Notes: generated by a model from the sequence alone, not told the origin. A DNA stretch of 64,000 nucleotides from Lama glama (GCA_028534125.1 CM052816.1:56484001-56548000); one strand, 5' to 3'; positions 11,906 through 25,077 are shown, numbered from the stretch's first letter. Made by a program: numbers and translations.

Positions 11906-13744
11906 GAAGCTAAGAAAGAGGCTTCCCCAGGGAGGGCAAAGACTCCATGAAGCAAGGGAGACAGGGCAATGTGATGCAGAGGAAGAGAGGCAGAGGCAGG
12001 AAGGTAAATGGTAAGTAACTAAATGGAAGCAGCTTTTAACTGAGCTGGTGTCCTGGGGATGTCAGTTTGTCCAGCCTTCAGCATCTGATCCTCCCTCCAG
12101 AGAGCAGGCAGAGCAGGGCCTGGTCTGTGCCCTGGAGAGCCTCCGGGCGCCTCTGTGCGCCCTCTGGGTGCTGAGCACACAGCCAGGAGGTGTGCGCTCT
12201 GAAAGCTGACTCCCCCCCTGTTGGACTGTGCTCTCTCGTGCGGTCCTCTGTTTCCTCGAGCTTTTTTGAAAACGTTGAGATAATGAGGAAAGAATTTCAA
12301 AAGCAACTCTTTGTTGTCACTTTCCACCCATTTCAAAAGAATCATGGAATTCAAGTGGCTAACAATCTCAGTTTCCCGAAAGCATCCATCTGAGCGAGAG
12401 TGTTACCACAGAACTTCCACTTGCATACACCTTTAATCATGTGGCAAATTACCTTATTAACCACCAGGGAGTCAAGTCTTATTACTTAATTAAGCCATCT
12501 CAGTCTTGTCTTCTTATTAAAACCACATGGGTTTTCACTTCTGTGTGGTTTTAGATTCTTTCCCCCTTCTTGGGATGCCTGTGGGATAATAGCTGCATGG
12601 AAGGATTTCTGTTATTTTGTGTTGATGACTAAAGGGTTAGCAGCATTAAATAAAGCGGAGGGGGCGGAGCTTGGTGGAGACAGTCTGCAGAGGCTCCCGC
12701 TGGCCGGTGATGTAACCGCCACTTGGGTGGTACAGGAGTCTGAGATGTGTACCCGTCCTCGATGCTTTCTCTCGCCAAAACATCTGGAATACCAAATCCT
12801 GTCATTAGACAGCCCACATGTTAGAAAAACAAAAGGACAGGAAAAAAAAGGAAAGCCGAGTTCCCCCCACCCCTGAAATGGTTGGATAAAGCCTCATTAT
12901 TGCTGGTAGGAAATTAGACATTTCAGGTTCTACTTCAAAGCAACTATTTTTATTACAAGAGGCTCAACATTTTGATTTATTGGCTGCAGAGCCAGATTGT
13001 GACAAATATTTCCCCCTCAAAGAGAAGACAGATCGGGCCTCTAAACAGTCATATACTGAAGAGGTGAAAAGTAAGGTTTCTTGCAACTGGGTTGTAATGA
13101 TGAAAATTGCATGCTTCTATTCCTAGCGCCCCGTAACGGGCTGCTTCAGCACACACGCCTAGAAGAAGTCCTTGAATCGTGTGGGAATTTTCTTCATATC
13201 AAAGGAAAGTCCTAAAATTTTGTAAAATGAAGCAGGTGAAATGATCAGCCTGTGCTACCTTCCCTCAGAGGCCAGCACTAAGCGGGGCCTGTGTACAAGC
13301 CTAGATTTCAGTCTGAGCTGTACCACTCAAGAGGGATGCTAAGAATGTAGGGTGGGGTCTGAGGAATCTATAAAGATAAGTAAAGAATAAAACATAGGGT
13401 TTTGAGACAAAGCTGAAGGAATTTAGAATAGTCATCCTTGTTGGAAAAAAAAAAAAGAGCCTAGACAATTAGGTCACCCTAGAGGGTAAGGTTATTAACC
13501 ATTTTAGGTAGAAGGAGCAGTACGTTGTGTTATACAGGGAGCATCTTGACTCATCTCCATCTGGACGTGACCTTTGTTTGTATGACGTGGACGGTTCTGA
13601 TTAGAGGAAGTCAGAGGAAGTTTTCCAAGAAAGTGTGCATTCTTCAGTCTGGAAAATGAGTTTCTCAGGCAGGTTGTAGGGTTGTCTTCGCTGTAGTTGT
13701 CTGAATCAAGGAGCACTTATCTCCCTGGGTGTGGGAACAGAATT

Positions 13745-13912
13745 TCGTGGAAAGAGCAGAGGCTGTGATGTGAGGGTCACAGCTTGGGTTCTAGTCTCAG
13801 CTCTGCTACTGATGAACTCTGTGACTCCTGGCCAGATCGCAACTTCTCTTGGCCTCAGTTTCTCCTCTATAGAATGAGATTGGACTAGATGATCTAAAAG
13901 ACCTCCTGCAAC
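13745..13912 (+). mobile_element. MIR3-like SINE
   Basis: gtggaaagagca...gggttctagtctcagctctgctact...ggcctcagtttctcctct...ggactagatgatcta. Confidence 0.75.
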
Positions 13913-14405
13913 GTATTTTGATTCTAGGTGGGAGGCGGGCTAACCACGGGAGAGCAATGAGCTCCGTCTTCGTTTTATTCTTATGACTCTACTGCTTGGG
14001 AGGGAAGTTTGTTGTATGTGCATAGGGACATGTGTGTGTGGTTATACTGGAGGGAGAGTAAGGGGCCTCTGTATGTACCATAAGAATGTTCATAAAACTA
14101 TAGGTGTTATTGGGAATTATGTAAATTACTTTAGTCTTTAAACACCATGAGCAAAGGAATTCTAAAGGTGAACGCTTTGTAAACTGAATGGTTACTGCCG
14201 CTTACATCCATTTTATAAGCACCCCCATTCTCGTTTGCTGGGGGTCTGCTGCAGCTCTGGATGCCACATGGAGCTCCATGAATGTGTGCATGAGTCAATG
14301 GCTGGGATAGTCGAGCATCGAGTGTTTCCACAGACTATGCTAAGAATAGGGCTGAGGAAGCTTCAACAAAATGAGCCTGAAATGCTACAGAATTCTGATA
14401 AACTG

Positions 14406-14560
14406 TTTCTTTTTTAGACATTTAGGTTTTTAAATTAATTAATTAATTTACATTTGGGGGGAGGTAATTAGATTTGTTTATTAATAGAGGTACTAGGGAT
14501 TGAACCCAGGACCTCCTGCATGCTAAGCATGTGCTCTACCACTGAGCTATACCCTCCTCT
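14406..14560 (-). mobile_element. tRNA-derived SINE, camelid vic-1-like
   Basis: Minus strand reads ggagggtatagctcagtggtagagcacatgcttagcatgcaggaggtcctgggttcaatccctagtacctc, with ctaattacctcccc in the tail. Confidence 0.85.
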
Positions 14561-16804
14561 CCCACGCCCTCACTAATACACTGTTCGAATCATCAAAAGA
14601 TAGGTCAGTCTTGCCCGGGTAAATTTAAACAAATGTTAAAGGTGCTTTACTGAATACTAACTCTTTGACGAATTAGGAAGCCCTTGATAAATGTTTATTG
14701 ATTGATTGGACAGAATGTGAGATAGCTCTCTATTAACTAGAAAACTGGACTTAAGAGAACATCCCAGTCTCTCAAATGTGTATCATTGGTCTACCCTCCT
14801 TTGTTATTGTGGGAAACAGGGGCTAACAAGTGAGTAAGCTCTCTGGAGACCATCAGGCTGATGGCCATGCCAACAGCTCACTGTAAAACATTGCCCCAGT
14901 TCCGTCAATCAGAACTGGTCTTCAAAATTAGCCAAGCTCGCGAGGTCACGGAGAAGCTTCGAGAGACCAGGTCCTGGTGAGAGAGGAAAGAAGGGGAAGG
15001 CTGGGGCCCTCCAATGGCTCCCCCAAACTCATCAGCTGACAATTACTACGCTCCCAACTCTGGACTTCAAAGCATTTGGAAAATGTTCATAAACATGTTC
15101 AGAATCCCATGGTGTAAGTAAAACATTTTTACAAGATTATAAAATAAAGAAAACTGGCACGGGTTTTGTTTGAACAAGTGTGCTGGCCATTTCTTTTCCT
15201 AAGGTGAGAGACTCTTAAACAAGTCTTAGTAATTGCTCTGAGGGAATTTGGCCTCTTAATTTTTGAAAACACAATAAAATCCATGCAAATCTCTAAGCCC
15301 TGCAGATGACAGACCCTAAACCTCAGATGTGCAGGGAGAGAGGCCGAACGAATGATGGCTCTGCTCAGGCTATCGTCTGAGAAACAGAATTTTGGAAAAG
15401 AAGACAATTGGATTCTTGCTTTGATCTTTGCTTAAGTGGGACCAAGAGGATTCTGGAGGGTTTCTTCATCCAGAGAACCCCCGGGACTTCTCTAGGAGGC
15501 GAGCAGGCCTAACCATTCATAAACCAGTTGTTTCCCGAAGAATGAAGCATAAAACATCTTTGCTGTAGGGAATTCATATTAATTGCCACTATTAATAGTT
15601 AAAAGCTTAAAAGAAAGAAAGGGCGGGGAACACAATTTTTTTTTTGACCAACTACAATAGAAATTATACACAATTTCTCTCTCTTCCCTCTTTTAAGGAA
15701 TTTTCTAAAGCCCCGGGAAACCCTGCTCTGTTGGGATTTGAGCGTGTGAAGGCAGAACGGAACTGTTACTTTAGGCAGTTGTGGCCTGAGATCCTCACTT
15801 TCCTCCTCTGGCCTTTGTTGACCGGTTTCAAGGGCCTGCTTCCCGTGAAGCTCAACTGGAGAAAATAGTCTTAAAATGAGCAGTTGGAGCTCCTCTCCGT
15901 GGTCGGGAGGATTGCTTTTTCATCCAGGAAAAGAGAACAATGGGAGGAGATTTGTTTCAGCAGTAAGCGGTGATTCTCTGCTAAGAGGCAGTGTTGGAGT
16001 TGGTCTCCCTGTTTCCAGCTAATGACCAAGCACGGGGAGGGGCAAGCAGATCAAAGTTGCTTTAGGGCAAAATCGCTGACATTCCTGAAATAGCCCCCGA
16101 TTCCTCACATCCCAGTAAGCAAGAATCAAGTTCAGTGGCTTGTGAAGAGGACCCACTTCAGCCTTCAATTCTTTTGTTACCTTGACTTTTAGCTCATTGT
16201 CCTGCCTGATCTCCTCTTAAACCAGAGAGTAATGACTGCTGATTTGACTATTGTTCTCCGCACAGAAAGATGCCAGGGGTCAAGATCTGTAGCTACAGAG
16301 GATCTAACTCACGCTCAAGAAAATTCTAAATGAAGGCTCCCTTCGTGTGATTAAGTATGTAGACGTGTAAAGACAGTTTGCATGTAAAAGCAATCTGAAA
16401 GAAATATCATAGGAAGTGAGGCTCCTAACTGGCCCATTAAGATTTTGAAGGGTTCCAGAGATGACAATACACTCAAAATCTGAAAACCTAGAACCTTCTC
16501 AGGGTCCTGGTAGCATTATGTGCTACCTAGCAATGCAATGATATGTATCCATTTGGAGTCTAAAGTCCCTATTTTAATCCATTGAGAATCCTAATGCCCT
16601 TTAGCAGCCCATAATAGTATTGATGAAAGAGTACCATTTTATGTATTCCAGGTTTTAAGAAAGATGTGAATGGCAGAAAGAACCAAAAAAATTCAAAGTC
16701 ACTTGAAATATTAAAGTAAACTTATTTAAAGAAAAAAGTGAGCTTTTTAAAAATAGCAAGACAAATATTGGTAAGGTATCCTTCTTACGATGGCAAGTGA
16801 TTGT

Positions 16805-17611
16805 TACAAGGTTTGTATGATTATATATTTTTAATTCCTTAAGGTAGACTCCTATGAATGGGAAAGTTTCGTTACATGTACGTGCGTAAGAAACTGCCAA
16901 ACTGTTTTCCGAAGTGACTATCATTTTGCATTTCCAAGAGCAATGTACCCAAAAGTTCCAATTGCTCCAAATCCTTGACAGCATTTGTATTGTTAGTCTT
17001 TAGCTGCAGCCATCCTAGTGGTTGTGTTTTGGTAACCTACCACTGGTTTTAATGTGCGTTTCCCTAATGACTAATGATAATGAGCATCTTTGCATGTACA
17101 CATTTGCTGTCCTTAGATCTTCTTTGGGAAAGTGTCCAATTTATTATTTACTTTATTGCCCATTTATTTTGGGAGCTATTTGTCTTATTATTGAGTTCTA
17201 AGCATCTTTTGTCAGATATCTGTTTTGCAAATATTTTCTACCAGTCTGTAGCTTGCTTGTTCATTTCCTTAAGAATGTCTTAGTTAAGAGCAAAAGTTTT
17301 AAATCTTGATGCAGTACGATTTATCAGTTAGCTCTTTTATGGTTTCTGCTTTTTGTATTTGGTTTAGGAAATCTTTCCCTAACTCAAGGTCACAAAAATT
17401 TCCCATGCTTTTTTCTAGATGTATTATTGTTTTAGCTCTTATATGCTCCATTTCAGCTTTTGTATAATTTTTGTATATGGTAAGGCAAGGATTGAGGTGT
17501 TCTTTTTCATTTTGGTTTTGATTTTCTATACCTAGCCTATTGTTCCAGCAACATTTATTGAAAAGACTGTTCCTTCTCATTGAACTGCCTTGTACTTTTG
17601 TCAAAATCAGT
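16805..17611 (-). mobile_element. L1 ORF2 3' portion (non-inverted part)
   Basis: ORF 17299-17604(-) contains NSLFNKCCWNN...IRAKTIIHLEKSMG..DLELGKDFL, typical of L1 ORF2; it continues to PFIGVYLKELK near 16840. Confidence 0.85.
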
Positions 17612-17615
17612 CCAC

Positions 17616-17884
17616 ATCCCAGAAGGCTTTTTAAGCAAACTGACTAGCTGATTCAAAAATTTTTATGGAGATGCAAGGGACCTAGAATAGCCCAAACAAC
17701 TGTGGGGGGAAAAGCCCAACAATTTTTGAGGCCTTATTTTACCAGACTAACTATAAATTATATATTATTTTAAGACTTCCTATAAAGCTATAGTAAACTA
17801 GACAGTGAGCTACTGACATAAAGACATAGAAAAATGGAACACAACAGAGCTCAGAAAGAAACCCACACATGGGTGATTAACTGG
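17616..17884 (+). mobile_element. L1 ORF2 segment inverted relative to its neighbour
   Basis: atcccagaaggcttttt...ctgattcaaaaatttttatgg...cctagaatagccc...tataaagctatagtaaactagacagtg...aatggaacacaacagag...acccacacat. Confidence 0.8.
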
Positions 17885-20800
17885 CTTCTATTCATTTAAA
17901 ACAGAAACAATTTTGATTTATTATTTTCTGCAGCTATAAGTGAAATCATAATGACGTCAGTAACCCCGGGTTTTTCCTCCCTACTTGCTCATGAAAAGTC
18001 TCTAGTTTTCCCTCTTGCTCAGTCCCATAAAGTGCCTTCCGGCTAGGTAATTCTTGGAGCTCCTAAAGGGAACCTCCTATTTTTGGGGAACAGCACGTGA
18101 GCCACAGTCCACCCCCGGGACGTGCCATGGACTCCCTCTTTGCCTCAGCTCTTCCTTCAGCCCCCTGTCCCACCCTTTGCCCTGCTGGGGCCATGTGAAA
18201 ATGCCCATGTTCTTTTGGAGGGCCGTCTTCCTATCTCTGATGTCCCTGTCCGTTTTCAAGGTGTCAGAGAAACCAGGTTCCATGTGACAGTGGGGACATT
18301 AGCTTCCCCCTTAACTCAAGGATTCCTCAGCCTCAAACAGCATTGTTGCTGCCCAGAGAGTCAGTCTCTCAGAAATCCAGCTTTTCCCATTGCTGGTCTG
18401 ACTCCACTCCCCAGGGAGCTTAATTAGCCCCAGCCTAAGAGGAAGGGTGCAGAACAGAAAACGTGCTTTCTCCTTCATGTGACCTGCCTCTCCATGCTCT
18501 CTCAGGGGTGGGGGGCTGTGAAAAACTCAAAGAAAGGCACAGCCTCTCAACCCTCTTCCTCTGCCTTCAGCCTTTAAAACAAAATATTCCCATCAACTCA
18601 CAGCAAAAACGTGCTAGAAATAGTAATGATCATGATTATCATTAGTGAATGTTTCTTAATAATAGACATCCCAGCCTATCAGTTCTGAATATTGTTGGCT
18701 GTTTCGAGGCACAAATGGAATCCTCTGCTTACACTCCTGAAAACTGAGCCAGGAAGTGACTTCATCTGTGGTCGTGTAACAAGGAAGTGGTGGCTGGACT
18801 CAGATACCATGACCCCGAGGTCATCACTATACGAGCTCCCATCACTTGCTGATTCAGTGTTCATTCATTCACTTCAAGGAGCAGTCGCTTTAGGGAGGCA
18901 ATCATCAGTCCATTCGAGGATCTGAATAAAGCAAATGATGAGCTCCACCAAAACGGTAACCCTTGTGGCCTTCCGTAGACTCTCTGTTAAAAATGAACTG
19001 TCGCAAGGTTTCTAGAGAATACTTCTGGCTAGTGATTTTGCAGTTTAGCAAGAAAGGCTGTCGTGGAACTCTGGGAGACTTCTCAAAAGGTATTTCTGGG
19101 AAGGCACTGCGAAAGTTAATGAAAGCATGTGTCGAAAGAATCCTGGTATGTGCGGCAGGGGGTGTGCAGTCCATCAAATCAAAACATAATCAAAGGCATA
19201 CTGTGAAGAAATGTAATTACAACTTATGCTTAGAGTCCAGACCTCACCCTTGCAACCTCCCACTTCAAACTCATGAAGACGAAAGCAAATCTGCTGTATT
19301 TCAGACAAAACAGCATTGGATTTATGAGTGAGAAAGTTTATGGCGGGGAGGGTGAGTCTATGGGGAAGACTTAATTGTAGGACTGAAAGACTCCACTGAG
19401 TAAACCGCTCCGAGTGTTACAGAAGCCAGACCCAGCCCTGTTAGCGTAGTGGTCCCACTGACTTCCAGAAACGTAACAACCCATCAGGGGAGGAAAGTTC
19501 GTTCTGCTCACTAAGGCTGCACTTCTTACTGATCACAGTTCAGTGGTGTTCCCCCCTATTTGGAGCTAGACGACACATTCATTCTCTCTCCTTTAGTAAG
19601 CACTGGGCTCTTAGGAGAATGAGCCTCCAGGGACTGAAGCTCTCTGGAGCCTGCTTTTAGCCCAGGTTATTCTGGTGAAGGTGCTAGGGCTGTAAGAAGT
19701 ATGATTTTCAGTCCCAGGAGCCAGATACAAGAGAAAGCAAGGTCTCAGAAACGAGTCGCAGGGACAAAGGGAGGATGTGGGCCGTACAAGGGAACACGCC
19801 TCACTGACGTCGTGCTCGGGGTCACTCGGAGGACAGACCTGCTGGGCTCCACCCAGGGTTGTCGTAAAGCCTGCTACCATTGTGCCTTCTGGACCCTGCT
19901 TACCTCCTCTGCGATCCCGGGAGGTCCCGGGCCTTCCCCCTAGGAAAGTCAGGAAGACTCTGACACCGTAAGACCCATATTCTGTGTTGTGTGGTGGTCA
20001 AGGGGCCACTAGGGTGTCCACCGAGTGTCTGGGGTAGACAGCGTGTCTCAGGTGGAGAATTGTCTCCTGTGAACCCTGAGACCCGGGAACACTGGGATCT
20101 GAGGCAGAAAACAGCAGAGGAGGGCCCTGGACACGCTAGCGGCAACTCCAGCCCCCACTGCTAGGCGTTCAGGTGCACACACAGCCCTTTGGCCAAGCAG
20201 TCGGCGTGCAGGCAGTCAGCGATGCTTTCACGTGTCTGTGGCTGCGGTGGTCACATAGTGGAGGCAGAGGCGGCCTCTGACTAGTGCTGTTCCCTCCACA
20301 AGCAGAAAAGGCAGAGCTACTGACCCCTTCCTGGTGGCCTCCGACTAAGACTGACTGTCCCTACAGCATCCCCGTTGGCGATTTGTACTGAGTTGGCCCA
20401 GTAGAAATTTCCACTATGACTTTTCCAGAAATGATGAAGAGGACCTTAGAGAGGCTGTGATTACGAAGAACATTTTAAAAGACGGTTTTCTAAGTCCGTC
20501 TCCACTCCCTGCCCAGACACCCCTACCTCTACCCGACTCCAGCCCACACAGACACACCAACAACACATCCACAGACGTTACCCATTAGTCAGGGCAGGGA
20601 AAGCCTTCCGGAAGTCAGTCCTATTTGAGGAGATTGTCACCTCTAGTCCTTGTTTCTAAGCTTTTCTCCTTTGCCAAGAGTTGCTGGATAAAGCTTAAAT
20701 CTGGCACCAGGATATGCTCTCAGAACTTCTTAGAGGCCAGACTGAATAGGGGCTAAGAGGAAAAGGGAATAGAAGGATGGAGTCGGGTGCAGAGGGAATC

Positions 20801-21384
20801 CCTGACCCACGCAGTCAGAGCGGGCTGGGCTGCACTTTTCTCCTTCGAAGTGTGCGGCCCTAATGCCTCCACCCAAAGTAATTTTCTAAATAGCAAATTA
20901 AGAATCTTGAAAAGGAGTCCCTCTCAGTGGCTGTGGATTAGTGGATGAGCAGCGTGGCAGTGTAAGACCCTGATGGATGTGATACAGACCCAAACGTGAG
21001 TGCTGGAGGAGGAGCGCACGTCACTGAAATGACAAGCAGCCCCTAAGCCTGAACGGAAAAGCAACAACTTGGGGGCTTTCTGTGAGCCCCACTAAGGAGA
21101 TTTCTGTCAGCAGAGGATTTTCCTGGCAGCCCCATCAGCCACTTAAAGAGCACCAGGGGCTGTTCCTAAAGATGCTGTCATTCAGCAGATTTAGGTCAAC
21201 CGCCCTTCAATGGAAAGCTTGGGGTTTTGCAGTTGATCTTAAAGGAGTTGAACAAGTTCTTCTCGTAAAATCATTCTTCCTCATCCAGATGCAATGCGGA
21301 AGAGATGGAGACGGAGAAGTCCTGCCAGGCCAGGCCTTCGTCTCCTGTTTATTCCCTGTCCCACAGTTTCCATAAATGCGGTCT

Positions 21385-21600
21385 TAATAATAAAGGCTGG
21401 CATTTAATTGAACACTCATTTTGTGGTAGATTCTGTTTGGGCCTCACATTTACTTTTTTAAACTCTACAACCACTCGCTGTAGTAAGTATGGTGGTTATA
21501 CCCATTTTACAGATGGGAAAACAAAGGTATGGCAATGTTATGTAACCCACCCAAGGGTTCATAGCCCCTAGCAGAGAAAGGGAAGAGATTTAACCAGAGC
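21385..21600 (-). mobile_element. MIR SINE
   Basis: tatacccattttacagatgggaaaacaaagg. Confidence 0.7.
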
Positions 21601-21896
21601 TTAAGGTCCTGACCACAAGTGAGTCTTTATGTTCCTACTTTGAACTTTCCAGCATTCTCACCTGCTCCCAGGGACTTGGCTGCTTCTCCACGGGCGCTCA
21701 TCCACATCTACACGGACACGTCCCTAGCGCTTCCCTTGGCCCTTCTGAGCCGCCATCCTCAGGGTTCTGTCGGTCTGCTGCCCAGAGTGAGCTGAAATTC
21801 ACCCACCTAAAGCCAGATATCACTTTTTCCCCCTTAAACATGCTTTCTATCTTTAAAATTTTTATTTTGTGATTTTTAAAAATAAGGCTATACAAT

Positions 21897-22085
21897 TAAT
21901 AATAAAAGCTAGCACTTGCTAGTGTATGCTACATGCCAGAAACTGTTCTAAGCACTTTACATGTAGTATTAACTCATTTAATCCTCATAACAACCTCAAG
22001 AAGCAGATGCTGATATTAGTTCTGTCTTAGAGGAGGAAACAGCAGGTAGATTGGGAAGCTGGATTTTAGACTCAATCACTCGGCC
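21897..22085 (-). mobile_element. MIR SINE
   Basis: tgccagaaactgttctaagcactttacatgtagtattaactcatttaatcctcataacaacc. Confidence 0.8.
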
Positions 22086-22505
22086 TCTGTTCCCAGGCCC
22101 TCAGTACTGAACCCAACTCTCCCTCGACCGTCTCATCAGACTCCCACCCTGCCAGCCTCCCATGCTTAAACCCTGGTGTCAGGCTCTGGTTCTTCTTTCT
22201 TTCTCTCTCAGTCATCAAATTCTTTTCTTACTTCTTCCTAATACCTTCTTGCACACACCCGGTCTCTCTCACGACCCCCTCTCTGTCACCATGAGGTACC
22301 AGATCCTCACTAGTCCTTACTAGGTCTACCCAGGGCACCTCCTACCTGGCTGGCCACCTCCAATCTCTCCCTTCCTGATCCGTTCTAAATATTGACACCA
22401 CCTTCATTTTCCTAAAACACTGATTTGTACACAGCATACCCCTCCTTAAAAATCCCAGACATCTGTTTACCAAATAAAGTTTAGATTTTTTATCTCAGGC
22501 TTCAC

Positions 22506-22620
22506 AATCAGCAGACTGTGGCTAGTGGGCTGTTTCTGGCTTAATACCTGCTTTGTTTACCTCATGAGATAAGAATGGTTTCTATAATTTTTTTATTTTT
22601 TTCCAGTCAAAAGAAGAATA
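22506..22620 (+). mobile_element. MER58B-like hAT fragment
   Basis: cagcagactgtggc...catgagataagaatggtttcta...tcaaaagaagaata. Confidence 0.55.
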
Positions 22621-23325
22621 TGCTAAACAAAAACCAGACACCAAAGAGTACATGTTATTTGATTCCATTTTTTCTCAAGTTCAAATTCACGTAGAACAAG
22701 TCATGATATTGGAAGTTGGGCTGGTGGTACCCCAGCTTGGGTTCCCCAGGAAGCAGAGATTTGTGTGCAGAAGTTTTGGGGAAAGTGCTCAGGGAGTCAG
22801 CATCAGCCCCTGTGAGGGCATGAAGGCAGCTGGATGGGGCAGAAGGAGAAGGGGAACCATGATGGAGTCACTACAAAGGCAGCAGCTCACCTGCAGCGGG
22901 GCTCTGCTACACCTTCAGAGTTGTGTTGAACTGGGATTAAGAGGCCAGGTCTTTATGTTCCCACATCAACCAGGCATTCCCTGTGGGTATCCTCCAGGGA
23001 GGGTGCATGAATTTGGGTAAGTCTACCTTCATCCCACGGCAGTCTTGGAGGAGGACTAGGCTGAGAGCTGTTGGCCACTAACGCTGCCAGGAACTGGGGA
23101 AGTGAATGCTTCATATCTGGAGGGGTTCTGGGTTGCTCCCCAACAGCATCTACTGGCAAGGCTGACCGCTCAGTAACCAGGAAGGGAGTACCAAGGCAGG
23201 GGGCTTCTAGGGGACTGGCGATGTTGTTTATCTAAATGCTCGTTACAAGGGCATTTTTACTTTGTAGACATTTATAGTCATGATTTTAGTACTTTCCTAT
23301 ATTATATTCTATGTCAATTAAAAAG
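22621..23325 (+). mobile_element. L1ME-type 3' UTR split by LTR16A
   Basis: ccagacaccaaagagtacatgttatttgattccattt on the left and ggcttctaggggactggcgatgtt...caattaaaaa on the right are consecutive L1ME 3' UTR motifs. Confidence 0.6.
22728..23157 (-). mobile_element. LTR16A-like solo LTR (ERVL), near full length
   Basis: ttgggttccccaggaagcaga ... ccttcagagttgtg ... gctgagagctgttggccactaac ... caacagcatctact, collinear with recalled antisense LTR16A. Confidence 0.75.
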
Positions 23326-23339
23326 AGGTTATTTAGGAA

Positions 23340-23760
23340 AGGGAGTGAGCAACAGTATCAAAATCTGCCGAAGCCAAAAGGGTGAGGACGGCAGAGTGGC
23401 CCTTGGGCTTCACAGCATGGAGGTGCTGGTAACTCGACTGGCCGCTGTGGTTTCAGGCTGGCGGTCGGGATGGCAGGGTAAGTGATGAGTGGTGAAGGAA
23501 GCAAAGGAGAGCATGAGTGTGGGTGACTCTTGAGGTGTTAGCCTGAAAACGGTGCTAGTTGGAGGGGCAAGAAGGGGCCCAGAGAGGATTTTGTTTTAAA
23601 TGGAAAATAGTTGAGCCTCTTGAAGATCCGATGGGAAGGATCCAGTGAGAGGAACTGGTTGTGTATAATGGAAAGATAAGTGATGGTTGATGGTGTGTGG
23701 TTCTTAAGGATGTGGAAGGAAGTAGAGTTCAAAGTACAGGGTGCTGGCTTTACATATGAG
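23340..23760 (-). mobile_element. L2 LINE fragment
   Basis: gagtgagcaacagtatcaaaatctgccg...agagtggcccttgggcttcacagcatggagg...gggaaggatccagtgagagg. Confidence 0.55.
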
Positions 23761-25077
23761 CAGGGCGTTTCTAACCTCCAACTGCACCAGCTGTTCAGGC
23801 CGCTCATCCGGTCCTTCGCACACAACACCCCATGTTGTTGAGTCTCTATTGACACACAGGATTTTTCTCTTTCAATACAATCCTTTTGAGAACCATGGCT
23901 ATGGGCCCTTGTAGCCCCACCAACTGCTTAGCGCAGTGCTTTGTACACCACAGGTGCTCAATAAGTGTGCTGTGGTGATGGATGATCGCAGTGATGTGAG
24001 AAATAAGGACTGAAAATGGAGCACATCCATAGGTTGAATCTGATACACAGCTTAAAGCAAGATGAGCAAAAGACAGTTTCCTTTGAATAAACTGACATTT
24101 TCCAAATGTTTGCTTTTATTTGTAGTATCTGCATCTGAAAATGGGATGAAAGGGTCAGGGCAGTGACCAAATGGGCCATCCCAAATTATGTAATTAGTAA
24201 GAGATGTAATTCTCTGTTTTGATCCCTTATCAAGACTATGATATTACCCTTTCTTACTCTTCAAAGGGTTTTCACAATTCGGAGAAAACAAGGTCAGACA
24301 ACTTAAGTAACCTGTCCAAGGTCGCACAGCTATGGGCAGAAGCAAGCCAGGCATCCAGGTCTCTTTCCCCAGCAGCTCGGTAGCCCGTCTGCCTGCACTG
24401 ACCATGTGCTCCAGATGGACTGCACATGCTGCCGTGTGGACATGCCAGCCGGGAAATCTGAAACGTGTGTTTGATCAGTGAAGGCGAGGACTCAAGTCCT
24501 TGGTGAAAACCCTCTTTTCCCTTGGACTTGTCTCTCCAGACATATTTGTATTATGACAATTAGTAATTACACAGAGTCTTTCAACCTCCAAGACCTCAAA
24601 CTCCTTTCTAGATTATAAATGCTCTAGTGCCTTCTGTTTGGCTTCAAGAGTCATCCTGCGGGCGCGGGCGTCGTGGAGGTGGCTAGCTGTCGGACAGCCA
24701 CTGCTGGAGTGTGGGTGGAAAATCCAAGATAGAGAAAAATCTGCAGGCGAAATCTTTATGCCACAAATGTCTGGATTTATCATCACAGACATTTCAGATC
24801 ATAACATTTCAAGCAACAGTGTTCTACACAGTTTGATTACAGATTGCAGTTAATTTTCTCCTCGCCCTTTCTGTATGTCAGCAATATTACAATTAAGTGT
24901 AAAAACAAGAGAGGGGCAGGCTTTGTAGTTTCTCTGGTTCTGAATCTCATGGCATAGCTTTCTCTGTTAACCCTTTCTTTCCTATTACTTTGTCATTTTC
25001 CTTCACTTTTTCATTTTGCAATCTAGTTGGGATGATTTATGGAGAGGAAACAGCCCGAGACACCTTGGCACTTCCCA

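Noticed and set aside
18905..19331. ORFs of 90-122 aa and a C-box-like atgatga
   Set aside because: No recognisable protein, and no suitably placed D box or terminal stem for a C/D snoRNA.
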